From Trichodelitschia bisporula (Eukaryota), in assembly GCA_010356995.1 (NCBI GenBank), contig ML996700.1, forward strand, positions 620,001 through 684,000: a stretch of 64,000 nucleotides of DNA, read 5' to 3'. Position 1 is the stretch's first letter, and each line of letters starts with the position of its first letter. Shown here piece by piece: positions 21,101 to 30,334 of the stretch. Made by a program: the position numbers and the translations under genes. The notes under the pieces were generated by a model, which did not search any database, had not been told where the DNA came from, and saw only the letters and a program-made list of their open reading frames with translations.

Positions 21101-23734
21101 GGCCGAGCGTCCAGTGCGCCTAAAGCGGGACGGACGAGGCATCGGCTTCGGGATGAATTTCGGTTTGGGCGCAGTCTCATGAGAAGCCTCAGGAGCCGGT
21201 TTATCATCCGCAGAAGAGTCGGAGGCCTCAGGCGAGGGTGTGCGTTCTCTCTCAACAGCTTCATCAATCACCTTCTCACTTTCCTTAGCATCACTATCAG
21301 TGTCGGAGCCCAGTTCGCTCAATGATGAGTCGCTGGCCTCCATGAGTTTCTGCACCTCCGTGGTGACTTTATCATCGCTCGTTGTTGGAGGAAATGAGCG
21401 CAGAGGAGTCTTGTACGTCTCAGAGAACTCCCTGTAGGTGGGGTACCCAGGGATGGAGGGGCGAGGCGGACGCAGCGGCTTGGGGATGAATTTCGGTTTG
21501 GCCATAGTATCAGAAACCGCACGAGCCGGTTTCTCATTCGAAGACTCGGAACGCTCGGAGGGCGAATCATGAACTTTCTCCAAGGCCTTTTCCTCCAACG
21601 CTTTTTTCTTCAAGCTTTTCATCATTGCTCCCTCCATGGCCCTCACTTCTTCAGCGGTGGAAAAACCATCATCAACGGGGGAGGACAAATTACTATCGTC
21701 GGAGGGCAGTTCACCTGGAGCCGAGTCGCTGTTCTCAACATGTTCCTCATGCTCCGATTTAACAACACTTTCAGGCCTGGCTGGTTCTTTCTCTCCCTCA
21801 TCGGAGGAAGGGCCATGGATTTCTCTAAAAGCTTCGTCGTCCTCGTTATTCGATGCGGGGCGATAGAGCTCCGAGTCCGGCTCAGGGGCTTCCTGGTCCT
21901 GATCCGTAATCGCCTCAGGAGCTGGAGGAGCCGGCGGCGTCAGAGCTGGCGGTGTCAGAGCTGGCGGTGTCAGAGCCCGGGGCGTCGGAGCCGGGGGCGT
22001 GGGAGCCAGTGGCGAGAGAGCGGGTGGGGTCTGCGCCTCTGGCGTCTGAGCCGGTGGAGTCGGCGTCTTCGGTGCCTTAGCCGGTGGCGTTAGCGTCTTG
22101 GGTGTCGGAGCCGGTGGAGTCGGCGTCTTGGGTGCCTGATCCGGTGGAGTCGGCGTCTTGGGTGCCGGAGCCGGTGGTGTCACCTTCTGCGGAGTTTGAG
22201 CCGGTGGCGTTGGGGTCTTCGGTTTCGGAGCCTCGGGCGTCGGAGCCTCGCTGACATGGTCGGGTGTAGATTCCCTAGAACTCTCTGTCCGGACATTTGT
22301 GCCGCTAGGGCTCGTCGTCTTCTCGACCCATTGCGCAGGAGGAGCTTTACCAAGGAAATTAGGAGGGTTCCTAACCCATTCAGGAGTGAGACGTGAGCTT
22401 GTCTTGGACTTCGAAGCGTCATTCTTGGGATCGGCAGCTGCGGTCTTCTTCGCTGGAGTAGTCTCATCAGCGGCAGACGCGGGAGCAGGCGCGGGAGCAG
22501 GAGCATCAACCGGAATCGCTGGCTCGGGAAGCTGAAGATCCTGAAGGGGAGGGGTGACAGCAGACACAGGAACAGACGCCAGGGTGGCGGAGACAGAAGT
22601 CGAAGGCAAATGTTTGTTCGAATCAACGGCCGAAATGAGCTTTCCAAGAATGTTCTCAATAGCCTTAGTGTTGGGAGAGATCAGCGGCGCCGGAGCCGGA
22701 GCCTGGGCAGGAGCCGGAGCTGCTGGAGCAGGCTGCACCGCGGTAGCACTCGAAGTAAACTTCTCAATGATCCGTCCAAGCGCTACGGCATTTGGAGACG
22801 AGATCAGAGGGACCGGGGCAGGAGCCGGAGCCGCTGGAGCGGACTTCGCGGCAGAAACGGTCGAGGCAAACTTTTCAAGGATCTGTCCAAGCGCTCTGGC
22901 ATTTGGAGACGAGATCAAAGTTACTTGAGCCGGAGCAGGGGCGAGAGCGGTTGTGGGAGCTGCGTTCGCATTGGATGTGACGGTGCCGGCAAGCTGCTCG
23001 AGCGCCCGGACCAAAGGCGACGGGATCGAGGGAGTATGGTTAACGACAATGACCGGCGTAGGATTGCGTCGAACCAAGGAGCGTCCACGGTGGTGAGGAG
23101 GAGACGCGGCGCGAGGGCGAGGACGGCCGCGAGGACTTGGGTCATCATCGTCATCATTGTTGTCAGATGGAGTGTCGTCGCGCGGCGCAGGTGAAAAGGG
23201 ACCGGGAGTCTTGGGCTCCAGACGTGGCGGTGCCTTAAAGCGACGGCCTGGTCTGACATCAGGGTCGCGAGGCGTCGGATCGCTCGGTGGATTATCTGAG
23301 GAATTGTCAGGGGTCAATGTCTTAGACGGGGGAGACGGCGTGGTCGGTTTTGGACCAGGCTTACTTTCATCACCGGACGAGTCGCCATTGTCAGTTCCAG
23401 GCTTGCGCGTGATGTCCACTGGAGGCTGAGGCTTGGTGCTGTTGGCAAAATAGTTGCCATTCTTCCACAGGAAGATGTTGTCGGCAACTTTGCTCCGTCC
23501 ATACTTTACCGCAGCCGCCAGCTCACTCTCGAGGTCGCTTGTGTCCATGATGGGAATGGGTGCCCGAGTCAAACGGCCGATGAAGACGATTGAAAGGGCC
23601 GAGAAAAACATGATTAGGAGCTGGGGAAAGAGAAAGGAAGCATAAGCTCCCTCAGAGAGGTGATCGTAAGCCATCGTATCAATCCGATACTGATAGGAGA
23701 AACCTGCGAGAGGTGTGTCGTTGGAAAACTTCAT
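15158..23734 (-). CDS. 2858-aa Pro/Ser/Thr/Lys/Glu-rich intrinsically disordered protein with N-terminal hydrophobic helix, PAM2-like motifs and RG-rich tail; function unknown
   Basis: 8.6-kb uninterrupted ORF; the internal repeats examined have unit lengths in multiples of 3; hydrophobic segment FLFPQLLIMFFSALSIVFIG near residues 34-53. Confidence 0.85.
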   Translation of the reverse strand: MKFSNDTPLAGFSYQYRIDTMAYDHLSEGAYASFLFPQLLIMFFSALSIVFIGRLTRAPIPIMDTSDLESELAAAVKYGRSKVADNIFLWKNGNYFANSTKPQPPVDITRKPGTDNGDSSGDESKPGPKPTTPSPPSKTLTPDNSSDNPPSDPTPRDPDVRPGRRFKAPPRLEPKTPGPFSPAPRDDTPSDNNDDDDDPSPRGRPRPRAASPPHHRGRSLVRRNPTPVIVVNHTPSIPSPLVRALEQLAGTVTSNANAAPTTALAPAPAQVTLISSPNARALGQILEKFASTVSAAKSAPAAPAPAPVPLISSPNAVALGRIIEKFTSSATAVQPAPAAPAPAQAPAPAPLISPNTKAIENILGKLISAVDSNKHLPSTSVSATLASVPVSAVTPPLQDLQLPEPAIPVDAPAPAPAPASAADETTPAKKTAAADPKNDASKSKTSSRLTPEWVRNPPNFLGKAPPAQWVEKTTSPSGTNVRTESSRESTPDHVSEAPTPEAPKPKTPTPPAQTPQKVTPPAPAPKTPTPPDQAPKTPTPPAPTPKTLTPPAKAPKTPTPPAQTPEAQTPPALSPLAPTPPAPTPRALTPPALTPPALTPPAPPAPEAITDQDQEAPEPDSELYRPASNNEDDEAFREIHGPSSDEGEKEPARPESVVKSEHEEHVENSDSAPGELPSDDSNLSSPVDDGFSTAEEVRAMEGAMMKSLKKKALEEKALEKVHDSPSERSESSNEKPARAVSDTMAKPKFIPKPLRPPRPSIPGYPTYREFSETYKTPLRSFPPTTSDDKVTTEVQKLMEASDSSLSELGSDTDSDAKESEKVIDEAVERERTPSPEASDSSADDKPAPEASHETAPKPKFIPKPMPRPSRFRRTGRSAYQEFMEKNRATSEQNRPAIETNPPAIETNPPATETNPPATETQEPVKGSDSPVSDDDSDAMEWQRTIEETIEKTFEEDSDEGSTPLPMRTSPSPPAGLPYVNSEDDIDDMLEHVGDESETSDVDAISPPASGPVPPPTPAPVVTPRPTYDPRLGRKIIPLRPSWVRPGTMTEFDREAAAPNREPLSSSGLAPPTPFAAPPLVPGARVPSVFDKPLDFTSKLPSLTKFIPQKADSSSSSSDADDDAGQGTKGGKKRPSVPLTAKHPNAVTFDNMLFEDLFRKKPDSPLSAPPTSTGPTGSAPTSAKLPPEIGAPQSFSLKKDKQFEFNLSGKAPKAKVPPKTPLLPQFSGPPPAKKPEASKPAAEVLKPTTQPEIPKQASQTTEPRPAAPGAAPPAPLPPATGASERFLLRKGKKFEFTPSSKAPKPKSPVKTPLFPQFSGPPPATKPTAAKPTAEAPKPAAEAPKPTPVVPESALRAPVPSPAVWEPRDTQSAKDDDDADDNDDSHNSLNEPPSSPVLNPQVTKEDLMNDLIEDFNRHSTRSSVPPQTSNQVPASTPSPAPAPTLDAPSSEEPLSRKQKKWRNLEEKKKEKKAAAMALAEKYKAEKAAAHLAAQEKQAAEKAAADKLAAEKAATDKLAADKAAAEKADAESARSKKVSSDRRKEAGECKKAELKAKKAAERQAAEDAHKAEEDAERQAAEKAAAARAIEEEIFEMAMRDATAAMDARKEMKRKEVERKAAEKRKQQETLEEEEMAKTTQQTESRTSANDDPPASYTNEEDFEKAAEKEADEGKAGEEEADERETGHEEDGHGEITEEVTTEDATTEEATTEDVTTEDISTEEVTTDDATVTPEPQVKHWDDLDSDEEGNFAEEYLKKTPIPESARTTPSTNSSDEPRPLPDRRPYIKSTLARRDAEEKQREESRERAQAKAAEMARSPATQTPAPEPAPTPTPALEPAPTPTTETLQEDDQAKANGEPDSESALPTLPPKPTESNPTEKSDQPLPTSTDDPAEGDSSSEGEIVDGPLNPRSDGKPLGSRWGDGGEYDLKYSESRPSKKPAPKRTESKRTTKSVPPPVDPKPIKKPGQPPPPVDPNPTEKPDRPPPTSTNDAVEGESSSEGEIVDGALNPRSDGKPLGSRWDEGSDYDLQYPESRPSKKPAPKPVDPKPTKKPDQLPPVSTDKPAEGDSSSEGEVMDGPMNEPYDGELGINSKWGPSGEYDLQHAKSKRTKKSAPRPIDPKPTKKPKRPLYTPPGKSKQGSTPTELEPAPTTPWGFPTKKRTRGRRRSVKKSAPTTAPTKPAPALASAPTEPAPAPASAPTEPAPAPGPKPAKKKLVAIKKPSPPLEECPPTPPSPVHTPAPPPVEPTWKAPTPPSMLEPTPTPSPSKPETAPAESAPAEPTPTPAPTATPLPPGKTPASALADWKNAPKIIQAADAANLRTFEEQLFEDLLQTPVKSSDVTQVHKKTSGGKAVSTETVKHTRATHSPTPPALSPSPAESSPAPSASPSPAKSSPTPTKSSSIDPNAKAFDPTSKPFNPNTKPFEPTTGKKPLGTLEDSRFAPENRTNNGQSTKPAPSKPAAPSAKPAWNRPQSGTSPSGAKPSPTPSSRQSSHTPSPAPSSGRSNPTPEKPATDNKKWSGVIDSKFAPGGEWDNRRDRQSGPAKGKGKGADGRGKGPHKPAPKPAPKPAPQAPEPPLKPALQPAKPAWSNGPPPSASPSPPKSGSTSSPSPTPPKSGPTPSPAPALPKSGPTPSPSPAPAKPTPTLSPSPTSPAKPSPTPAKPSPTPAKPSPTPTTSEPSSTEPSTTPSPAPSGLESPRYSTSAEPSSGKPQPTPEWSTVPPADRRAQRRENMQTTPTPAERNRGRGQGRGENRGRGGGGERGRGGDGRPREGHAGDGRPVTIGRGRGDSENRGRGDRRPRDDGGPRGDGRPGGEGRPRGDGRPGGDGRPRRDGRPGGNGGRPRGEGAERGEARGGGSSV
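15205..15345 (-). repeat. 18-bp coding tandem repeat encoding (R/G)GDGRP
   Basis: Recurrent plus-strand GGTCTTCC(A/C)TC units at 18-nt spacing. Confidence 0.85.
17370..18130 (-). repeat. three internal coding duplications; two copies are exactly 300 bp apart
   Basis: 17641-17760 is nearly identical to 17941-18060; the peptide G(D/E)SSSEGE(I/V)xDG occurs three times. Confidence 0.9.
21930..22235 (-). repeat. 30-bp and 15-bp coding tandem repeats (PKTPTPPA, LTPPA)
   Basis: Repeated plus-strand CCGGTGG..CGGCGTCTT units at 30-nt spacing. Confidence 0.85.
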
Positions 23735-24248
23735 CGTTGCGGAAATGAAGAATTTGAAAACGACAGTGTGGTGTAGTTGTCAGGAGACGGAGCTCAGCAA
23801 CAGAAATCGAGGACTATATCCTCAAAACGAGCAATCTTCCAAGACGCGCGGGCGCCGGTGCCAGGAGTTCGAAAACGGGGGGAAATGGAAAAACAATTGC
23901 AGCGCCTGCGCTGTCTGATGTTGCAAATGAGGGAATCAAGGGTGAGACGATAGCAACGTGACGTTGGATATGCCAAGGAGGTGGAAGCAACGAACAGTGT
24001 CCGAACAATTCCAAGGCCAATACCCGTGGGCTAAATAGTCCCGGGACAAAGGCTAAAAGCAACAATCAGTAGACAAGTGGCGATGCACAAGAGGGACACA
24101 AGAACAAAGACACTCGAGCTGGTTGGGACGGCGTGACCACCAGAGGATGCCGACAACCACACAACAAAGGCCGACACAATGAGCGGTGAAAATCGAGTCC
24201 ACAAGCAAGCGATCCAAAGGCCAGAGAGAACGAATGTTGATTGCATTA

Positions 24249-24841
24249 TCACGCGTCTTTCGCTTCGCTGCCCACGGCAACAAGCTTGCCAACAACCAGG
24301 TATTTATCCATGAAGCGCTCTTCCCAGCCTTTCAGCGCTTCCAATTGTTCGTCATCCAGGCCCTGAAGCGTATCCAACGGCCCGTTAAGGTCCTTAGTCA
24401 GCATGCTCTCGTCAAAGCTCCCGCAGGCCAGGCCACGACTGGCATCCCGTCCGGCGAAGTTGGCGTAAGGACCGCCGGGGCCATAGAAGTTGCGGCCCGA
24501 GCTGACGTCAAAGACCTTGCCACGCACAGCCAGGTAGACAGGCATACTGTTTTCACCATTATACGGGAGCAAGGTAGGCGGCGTGAAGGTCCGGAAGACG
24601 ACGGGAGGAGGGGGTGGGGGAATGGTAGCAGCCGTCTTGGGGCGTAGACGGAAGTAGACTGCCATGGCGAGGAGACTGAGCAAGATCAAGTTCAACGGGG
24701 TTGCGATGGGCATCCTGAGAGCATTAGCGAGGGTGAAATTGATGATAGGGGTTCATACGCCTCCGCGGCCGGCGGATCGTAGGATTGACCTGAGTCTGGT
24801 TAGTAATGGCGCCCTGTCAGATTGGCAAGAAACACACCCAT
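24249..24841 (-). CDS. DAP1: MAPR-family cytochrome b5-like heme/steroid-binding protein; exons 24841-24838, 24789-24759, 24714-24249
   Basis: N-terminal TM helix; motifs YLAVRGKVFDVS, FYGPGGPYANFAGRDASRGLA, KYLVVGKL. Two short GT..CTAAY..CAG introns give an in-frame MGQSYDPPAAEAMPIATP start. Confidence 0.9.
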
Positions 24842-24972
24842 ATCCTCAGAGTGCACAACGTCACAGCAGTTCAAGAGTGCGATATCACAAAAGCTGGTGG
24901 GGTGGATGGCACTTGGGAGTTAAAGTAGAGGGAGTGGGATGGCTTGACGTCGCGAGCTCCGCCTTGGCCTTA

Positions 24973-25132
24973 TCACGTGAAACGGGATGACGTTAAACGA
25001 AGATGGTGATGAGGATTTGGCATCTCAGAGCTGAAAGCTAGTCAACAGAGAGATTTATACATGATACAGTGAAAGATGAAGATTCATCTGCTACTCGTGA
25101 ATACAATTTTCTTTGTGCTTCAATTCACGTGA
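24973..25132. promoter_or_regulatory. two TCACGTGA E-box palindromes upstream of DAP1
   Basis: TCACGTGA at 24973-24980 and 25125-25132. Confidence 0.45.
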
Positions 25133-25164
25133 TTCCGCGATACCCTTTCAGCTTCGTCTGCGAC

Positions 25165-25900
25165 TTCATTGTCAATTCAACTCATCCTCTTCATCAATCG
25201 ACATGGTCTCTTTAGACTTCACGGAGGACTGAACCGGACAATAAGCCCAATTCAAATCAGCCTTCACTCAAGGTCTGAGAAGTTCATTCTCTCCGCTCTC
25301 AGCCGTCGCGATGCTTTGCCGCAGAAACGAGAGCGGCAAGACTTCAAAAATGTCCAACGACGTCGCAACCAACGCGACGTCATTCCTTAATATATAATTC
25401 GTTATGTCTGAGAGGACCAAGCCGGTCAGTTCAAATGTTCTATAGTCCACTCCTGAGCAACATGTAAGCAGGAGCCGTCGCCTAGAAGTTTTGGCCTGAT
25501 TTATATCGCCAATGAAGCTAAGAATTTCTGTTAACCATCAAGTAAACGAGCCTTGCGCCAACCCAATTCTCAGAGAAGCCAGTGCCGTGGCCTGATATTA
25601 GTGTCACAGAAAAGAGTATGTTGTCGACGAAGGCTTAAACTCACTGAACTCACCCGAATCCAAAAAATCACCTCGGTCGATCGCTGCACGAAGACTCGAC
25701 CTCTGACGCTTTACGTGAAGACCACGTCCTTCTTGGGGATTCTTGTTCCTCGACGATGCGATAGGCGAAGGGACTCTCGGAGTGAGGCCCATCCTCAATG
25801 TAAGCTGAGGATCAGTATGTCATTCGCCGGTTCTGTATAGGTGGTATCAAGGAACCCATGGTAAGCTATGAATCGAGTGGGTTCTTCTGCGGACTTACGA
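25165..25900 (-). CDS. possible small multi-exon hypothetical gene
   Basis: Minus-strand GTAAGT and GTGAGT donors (near 25898 and 25653), acceptors near 25805, 25592 and 25453, and short open frames 25604-25798 and 25268-25450. No start codon or family established. Confidence 0.3.
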
Positions 25901-26053
25901 ACAGACCTGCCGCTAACACCAGAACATTAATTTTCAAAGCAGCGTTCCTTACAAACCCTGAATGACGTGACTACTCACTCTGGATTTGGATATCGGTTGG
26001 ATTGGAGTATAATGTACAAAAAGAGCCCTGTAGCTCCCTTACTACTTCATTTA

Positions 26054-28268
26054 TCACTCGAAACGCGCTGAAGGCGACGCCTGTTTGCGGGGCTTGACAT
26101 CCAGAAGCCTCCCCAGACTCTGCCGCCCTCCAATACTCCTTTCCACCTCCTCCGATTTCACTCTCCCTCCTCTTTCCCCCTTCCATTCTCTTCTTCCCTT
26201 ACCTTCCCTTCTCACCTCCTGTTGCCTTCCTTCCTTCCTTCCCCTTTCCACCCTCCTCTCAGCTTTCACACCATCACCAGCTTCTATCTTCTCTCCCTTT
26301 AACGTTGCCTCCTTCTCCTGCCCATGCTTTTTCGCCACCAGCTCATCCGTTATCACCGCCGTAATCTTGCTTTTTGCGTTCCGGAACTTTTCCTCCATAT
26401 CCTTCCCATGCTCCGAAAAATCCCCGTGATCCAAGCACCGAGCACAGAGCCCATGCATCCAGCGCAACCTCTGCAACCACTCCTCCTTCTGACCCCCCGG
26501 CGCCTCCTTCAAATTCCTTATGCTTCCATCGACATAGTCCAGCAATCGCTCCACCCCACGGATGATGACCGGCTGGAATTTGCCGTCCAGCGCGAGCTTC
26601 ATGTACATGTCCGACGCACTAGGATCGATTTCAGAAAGCCTCTCCTCCATAAGCAAGAACATCTCCGTCGCGTCTTTGATCGCCCTATGCGATATGCGGT
26701 TCCGCACCACCGTACTCATGGTAATACGGAACGTCTTCGCCGACAGCTGCATGTGTCCCATAGTGCTCTTCAAAAACGCAAGCGCCTCGCCGCTCGCACG
26801 CGCCTGCCGCAATATCCTAAGGTAATAATGGCAGTTGTCCGAATCCGGCTTGATGTTGAACCCATTGGGGTCCGTGAATAGCTCCCAGTACTTCACTGCT
26901 GGGCCTTTGAGGAACATTTTCTGGCACGCCTCGAGCACAAGCGATAGTGTGCTATTTGAGGGACGCGCGTAGGTCAATACCGTGCCATCAGCTGGCATGA
27001 GAGCCGAGCGCTGGACCGTCAGGCGCGCCGGCACAGGGGCAAATTCCTCGCCTGCGTCAGGGTCGTCTTCGTTGACGGGTGCGCGTTCTGAGTGGCCGTA
27101 AGGGGGTGGGAGGATTTTGCCGTCTGCGTCTCTCTTCTCGTGGCTGCGGAGGCTAGGGGCGCGACGGTGGATGTTCATCGTCTGCTTGAGAAGCGAGAAT
27201 ACGTCATCCCAATCCTGAGGCAGCGTTCCGATGAGCAGGACGCGACCCATTGAGCACGCGAGGTTATCATCGACGGTCAAGAGGCCTTGGCGCCATTTGC
27301 TGATGATATCCTCCCACAGCCGCCGCGCTTGCATGACGGCTGATGCGAGGAGCTCACGTGCATCGGTGCCGTCGGTCTCCGCGGGCAGGCTTTTCAGTGC
27401 GTGCATTCGTATGGCGTGGAGGATCGTGGTGTAGGTTTGGCTATTCGCGACGACGGGACCAGTCTCTGGAATGGTTGCGACGACGCTCCAGAGGGCGTCC
27501 ATGTCGTCTGCCATTGCGCAGGCTTTGAGGGCGGCGTTTATGTGCATTATCGACGGCTTAGTGGCGGATTTGGTGGATGACATGGAGTGGTAGATTGATA
27601 GCGCCTTTGTTAACGCATTTTCAGCGTGCGCATTCGCTGCAAGGCCCTTGAGTAGGATGTGGTAGGTGTAGGCGTCCGGCGTCTGAGCGCGCTTCTTCAT
27701 CTTTGTCCGGTCAGCTAGCCATCCTGCTCCCCGGGCTGCATAATCGTACCTCATTGTAGATCTTGAGAGCAGCGTTTACCCGTCCATTCTTCAACAAATG
27801 GTTGATCAAATGATTCCATGCCACCACGCACGACATATTTTTACTAGCCGCGCGCACCAACTCCGTTGCATCAACGTCCCTGTTTTCTCCGAGCAGAGCC
27901 AGCGTCCGAGCCGCCAACTTCATCGGATCTGGAAGCCACTCAAGCTCCCGGTGAATGCTTCCGCTGCTAAGGTGTCCGCCGGAGAAGCGCCTGTCAGGGT
28001 GCATACTTCCGGCATTGCCCTGGGGTGGATCTCTGAGGCGAGTGTCCCGCTCATTGTATTGATTTGTATTCGGCTGTCTGGGCTGCTGGGCAGCCTTTCC
28101 CCAAGCATCAGAGGCGGCGCGCCAGTCATCTTGGGGTTTCGCGCGGCCGGAGAGGTGCCCTCTGATTTTGAAGTCGAAGGTAGTGGGCGTAGGGGCCGCA
28201 TAGGATCTTTGCCATTGCAGCTGGGGATTTCGGAGGCTTCGCCGGAGACAGGAGGAGCAGGTGAGCAT
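26054..28268 (-). CDS. pentatricopeptide-repeat protein, probably mitochondrial; intron 27701-27749
   Basis: PPR motif VVAWNHLINHLLKNGRVNAALKIYNE|MKKRAQTPDAYTYHILLKGL; Arg/Ser/Leu-rich N-terminus resembling a presequence. Confidence 0.88.
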
Positions 28269-28388
28269 TGGAGAGCGCTGGGAGGGTTGGCGCAGATCGC
28301 GATGTTGTTGTCGATGTGAAATACGAGGGCCGGAAAATTATCCGATGCGTGGTCAGGTGACCGTAATGGTCTTTATCGATTGAGGAAT

Positions 28389-29139
28389 CGGTGAATGCCA
28401 AAATTAACTAAACACTTCAAGAATTGGACAAAATTAAACATCTTGAACTCAAAACACCTAAGCTAAACACTTGGCGTTTCTTTTTCATCAAAACGCTCCG
28501 ATCTATAAGCCCTAGCCACACACGCCACGTATTGAGCGCACCCCCACCCCTAAACTAGATACCAGCCGCAACTGCCACACTAGCCACACCAGCCCCACCA
28601 GCCGCAAAACCCCCCCCCCTGGTCCTTCCGCGTGCTCCGCTTTCGGAAGTACGTGATGCTTGGCATGGTGTTGAGTTTGAAGCTCAAACTTAATCGATGT
28701 ATATCTCGAGAACGAGTTGAGATATCGTCCTCGGAGTAGTCGGAATCGAATTCTAAGGTCTGCTTATACATAAATCTGACGCGTTTGGGGTTCATTTCTA
28801 GCTACCTGATTTACGTTGACTTTTTAGCTTTGAAAGTGAAACTTGATCAAGTTTCCTCAGCGAAAGCAAAGGATCATTTGGAGAAAAACACACTTAGGCC
28901 AGGAACTAGGTAGAGGCATAAATAAACCTCAAACGCGTTAAATGTACGTATGAACGGACTTCAGAGTTCGATTCCAGTAACTCCGAAGGCGATATCTTAG
29001 CTCGTTCTCGAGGTATACGTCGTTGAAGTTAAGCTAAAAACTCAACATCATGCCAAGTGTTTAGCCTAGGTATTTTGGGTTTAAAATGTTTTAATTTTGT
29101 CTAATTCTTGAAGTATTTAGTTTATTCGGTCATTCGCCC
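28389..29139. mobile_element. non-autonomous Mutator-like/foldback DNA element with ~235-bp inverted arms and a 10-bp TSD
   Basis: 28389-28475 plus 28665-28808 is the diverged reverse complement of ~28905-29139; flanked by ATTGAGGAAT (28379-28388) and ATTGTGGAAT (29140-29149); AT-rich; no transposase ORF. Confidence 0.8.
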
Positions 29140-30334
29140 ATTGTGGAATTGACGCGACGTCATTTTAACTCTCTCTGCACATTTCCGACGTCGTAGAAAC
29201 TCAACTTGCAACGAAGGCAATAATCCTTTTCTATCATGATGTAGACAGCATTATGGCAGATGTGTTCTCACGCACAACGTCTTAGACTCAACGATTGACG
29301 ACGAACGTTGGCTTCCCAAAAGAAACGCCGACGCCGATGTTCACCGACGACATTTCGAGTTACCAGGACAAGTGCAAATCAGCAGGTTGTCACGGTATGA
29401 CACCCGGTTCTGCAGCTCCATGGGCTCGCACCATCACCGGGTTTGCGTGAGGCTTGGCGCTGTGCCAAGCCGCCACACTCACACTCACACACCAGGCCTA
29501 CTTACCCGCAGTCCCTGACATCTTTGCTCGTAGCTTTACAATCTACGTCTTACCCACATCTTGATCGTGCATGCGTGATTGTTGACGGTGACACAGGTTG
29601 AAGAAATACATAAAGAGTTAGTTTGTGCATTCTATAGACTTGGACCGGCTTGAAGACATGCTTCGATCAAACATCAATTGCCTAAGTAGGTACAGCAGTA
29701 CAGTATAACGTAAGTGAGTGTAAGGCTCGTCCAACGTTGAAAGCTGCCAACGCGCTCATGCGTCTCGAGAACAGCCCATTCATTTCCGCTACTCTTTAGA
29801 GGGCAGGAGAGACCCGTCCTAGGTGATTCTAGGCTCAATTGCTACGGTAACGTTAGCATGAATATGATACCAGGAAGTGCGGAAGTCGATTGAGGAAGGC
29901 CGGACTGAAGTCATGCTCAGAGAGCCCAAAGCTGCACCCGCATGCGAGTTGCTGATGACACTGCTTTTCAACGAAGTGCAGTACTCATCGACCAGGGGGG
30001 TGCCATCACTTCCTGCACCAGCCCTTGGTCCTTACCCGTATGAGGAGTGTTCGACGCAGTTGAAAGCCGGTACATAAGGATAAACGAAAGTAACGATGGG
30101 ATGAGAAAATGCCAGCAGTGGATAATGGACCGTACAAAGTTGTGGCATCGAGCCCTGCACCGAGATCACGGACATTGGGAGCCCTGAGCTGTGGGGGTTC
30201 CGGGAAGCTGGGCCCCACGGCACCATGACGTGGTCCAAGGGTCCATCGGGCTAGCGAGGCAGGGGCCGCTGATATCGGGGGAAAATCACCTCACTCGGCA
30301 TGCATCAACATCACCTCTTGAATAACTATCCATT

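Noticed and set aside
15158..23734. Giant ORF as Leashin, a flocculin/adhesin or a transposon polyprotein
   Set aside because: No RT, integrase or transposase motifs, no GPI-type C-terminal signal, a highly charged composition, and no Leashin similarity I can recognise.
28828..28866. AACTTGATC...CAGCGAAAG resembling the 3' half of a TPP riboswitch near THI20
   Set aside because: No upstream CTGAGA or P2/P3 region, P5 cannot pair, and it lies in the transposon spacer 1.5 kb from THI20 rather than in an intron.
29150..30300. Possible small gene between the foldback element and THI20
   Set aside because: Only isolated splice-like signals and short ORFs; no coherent model.
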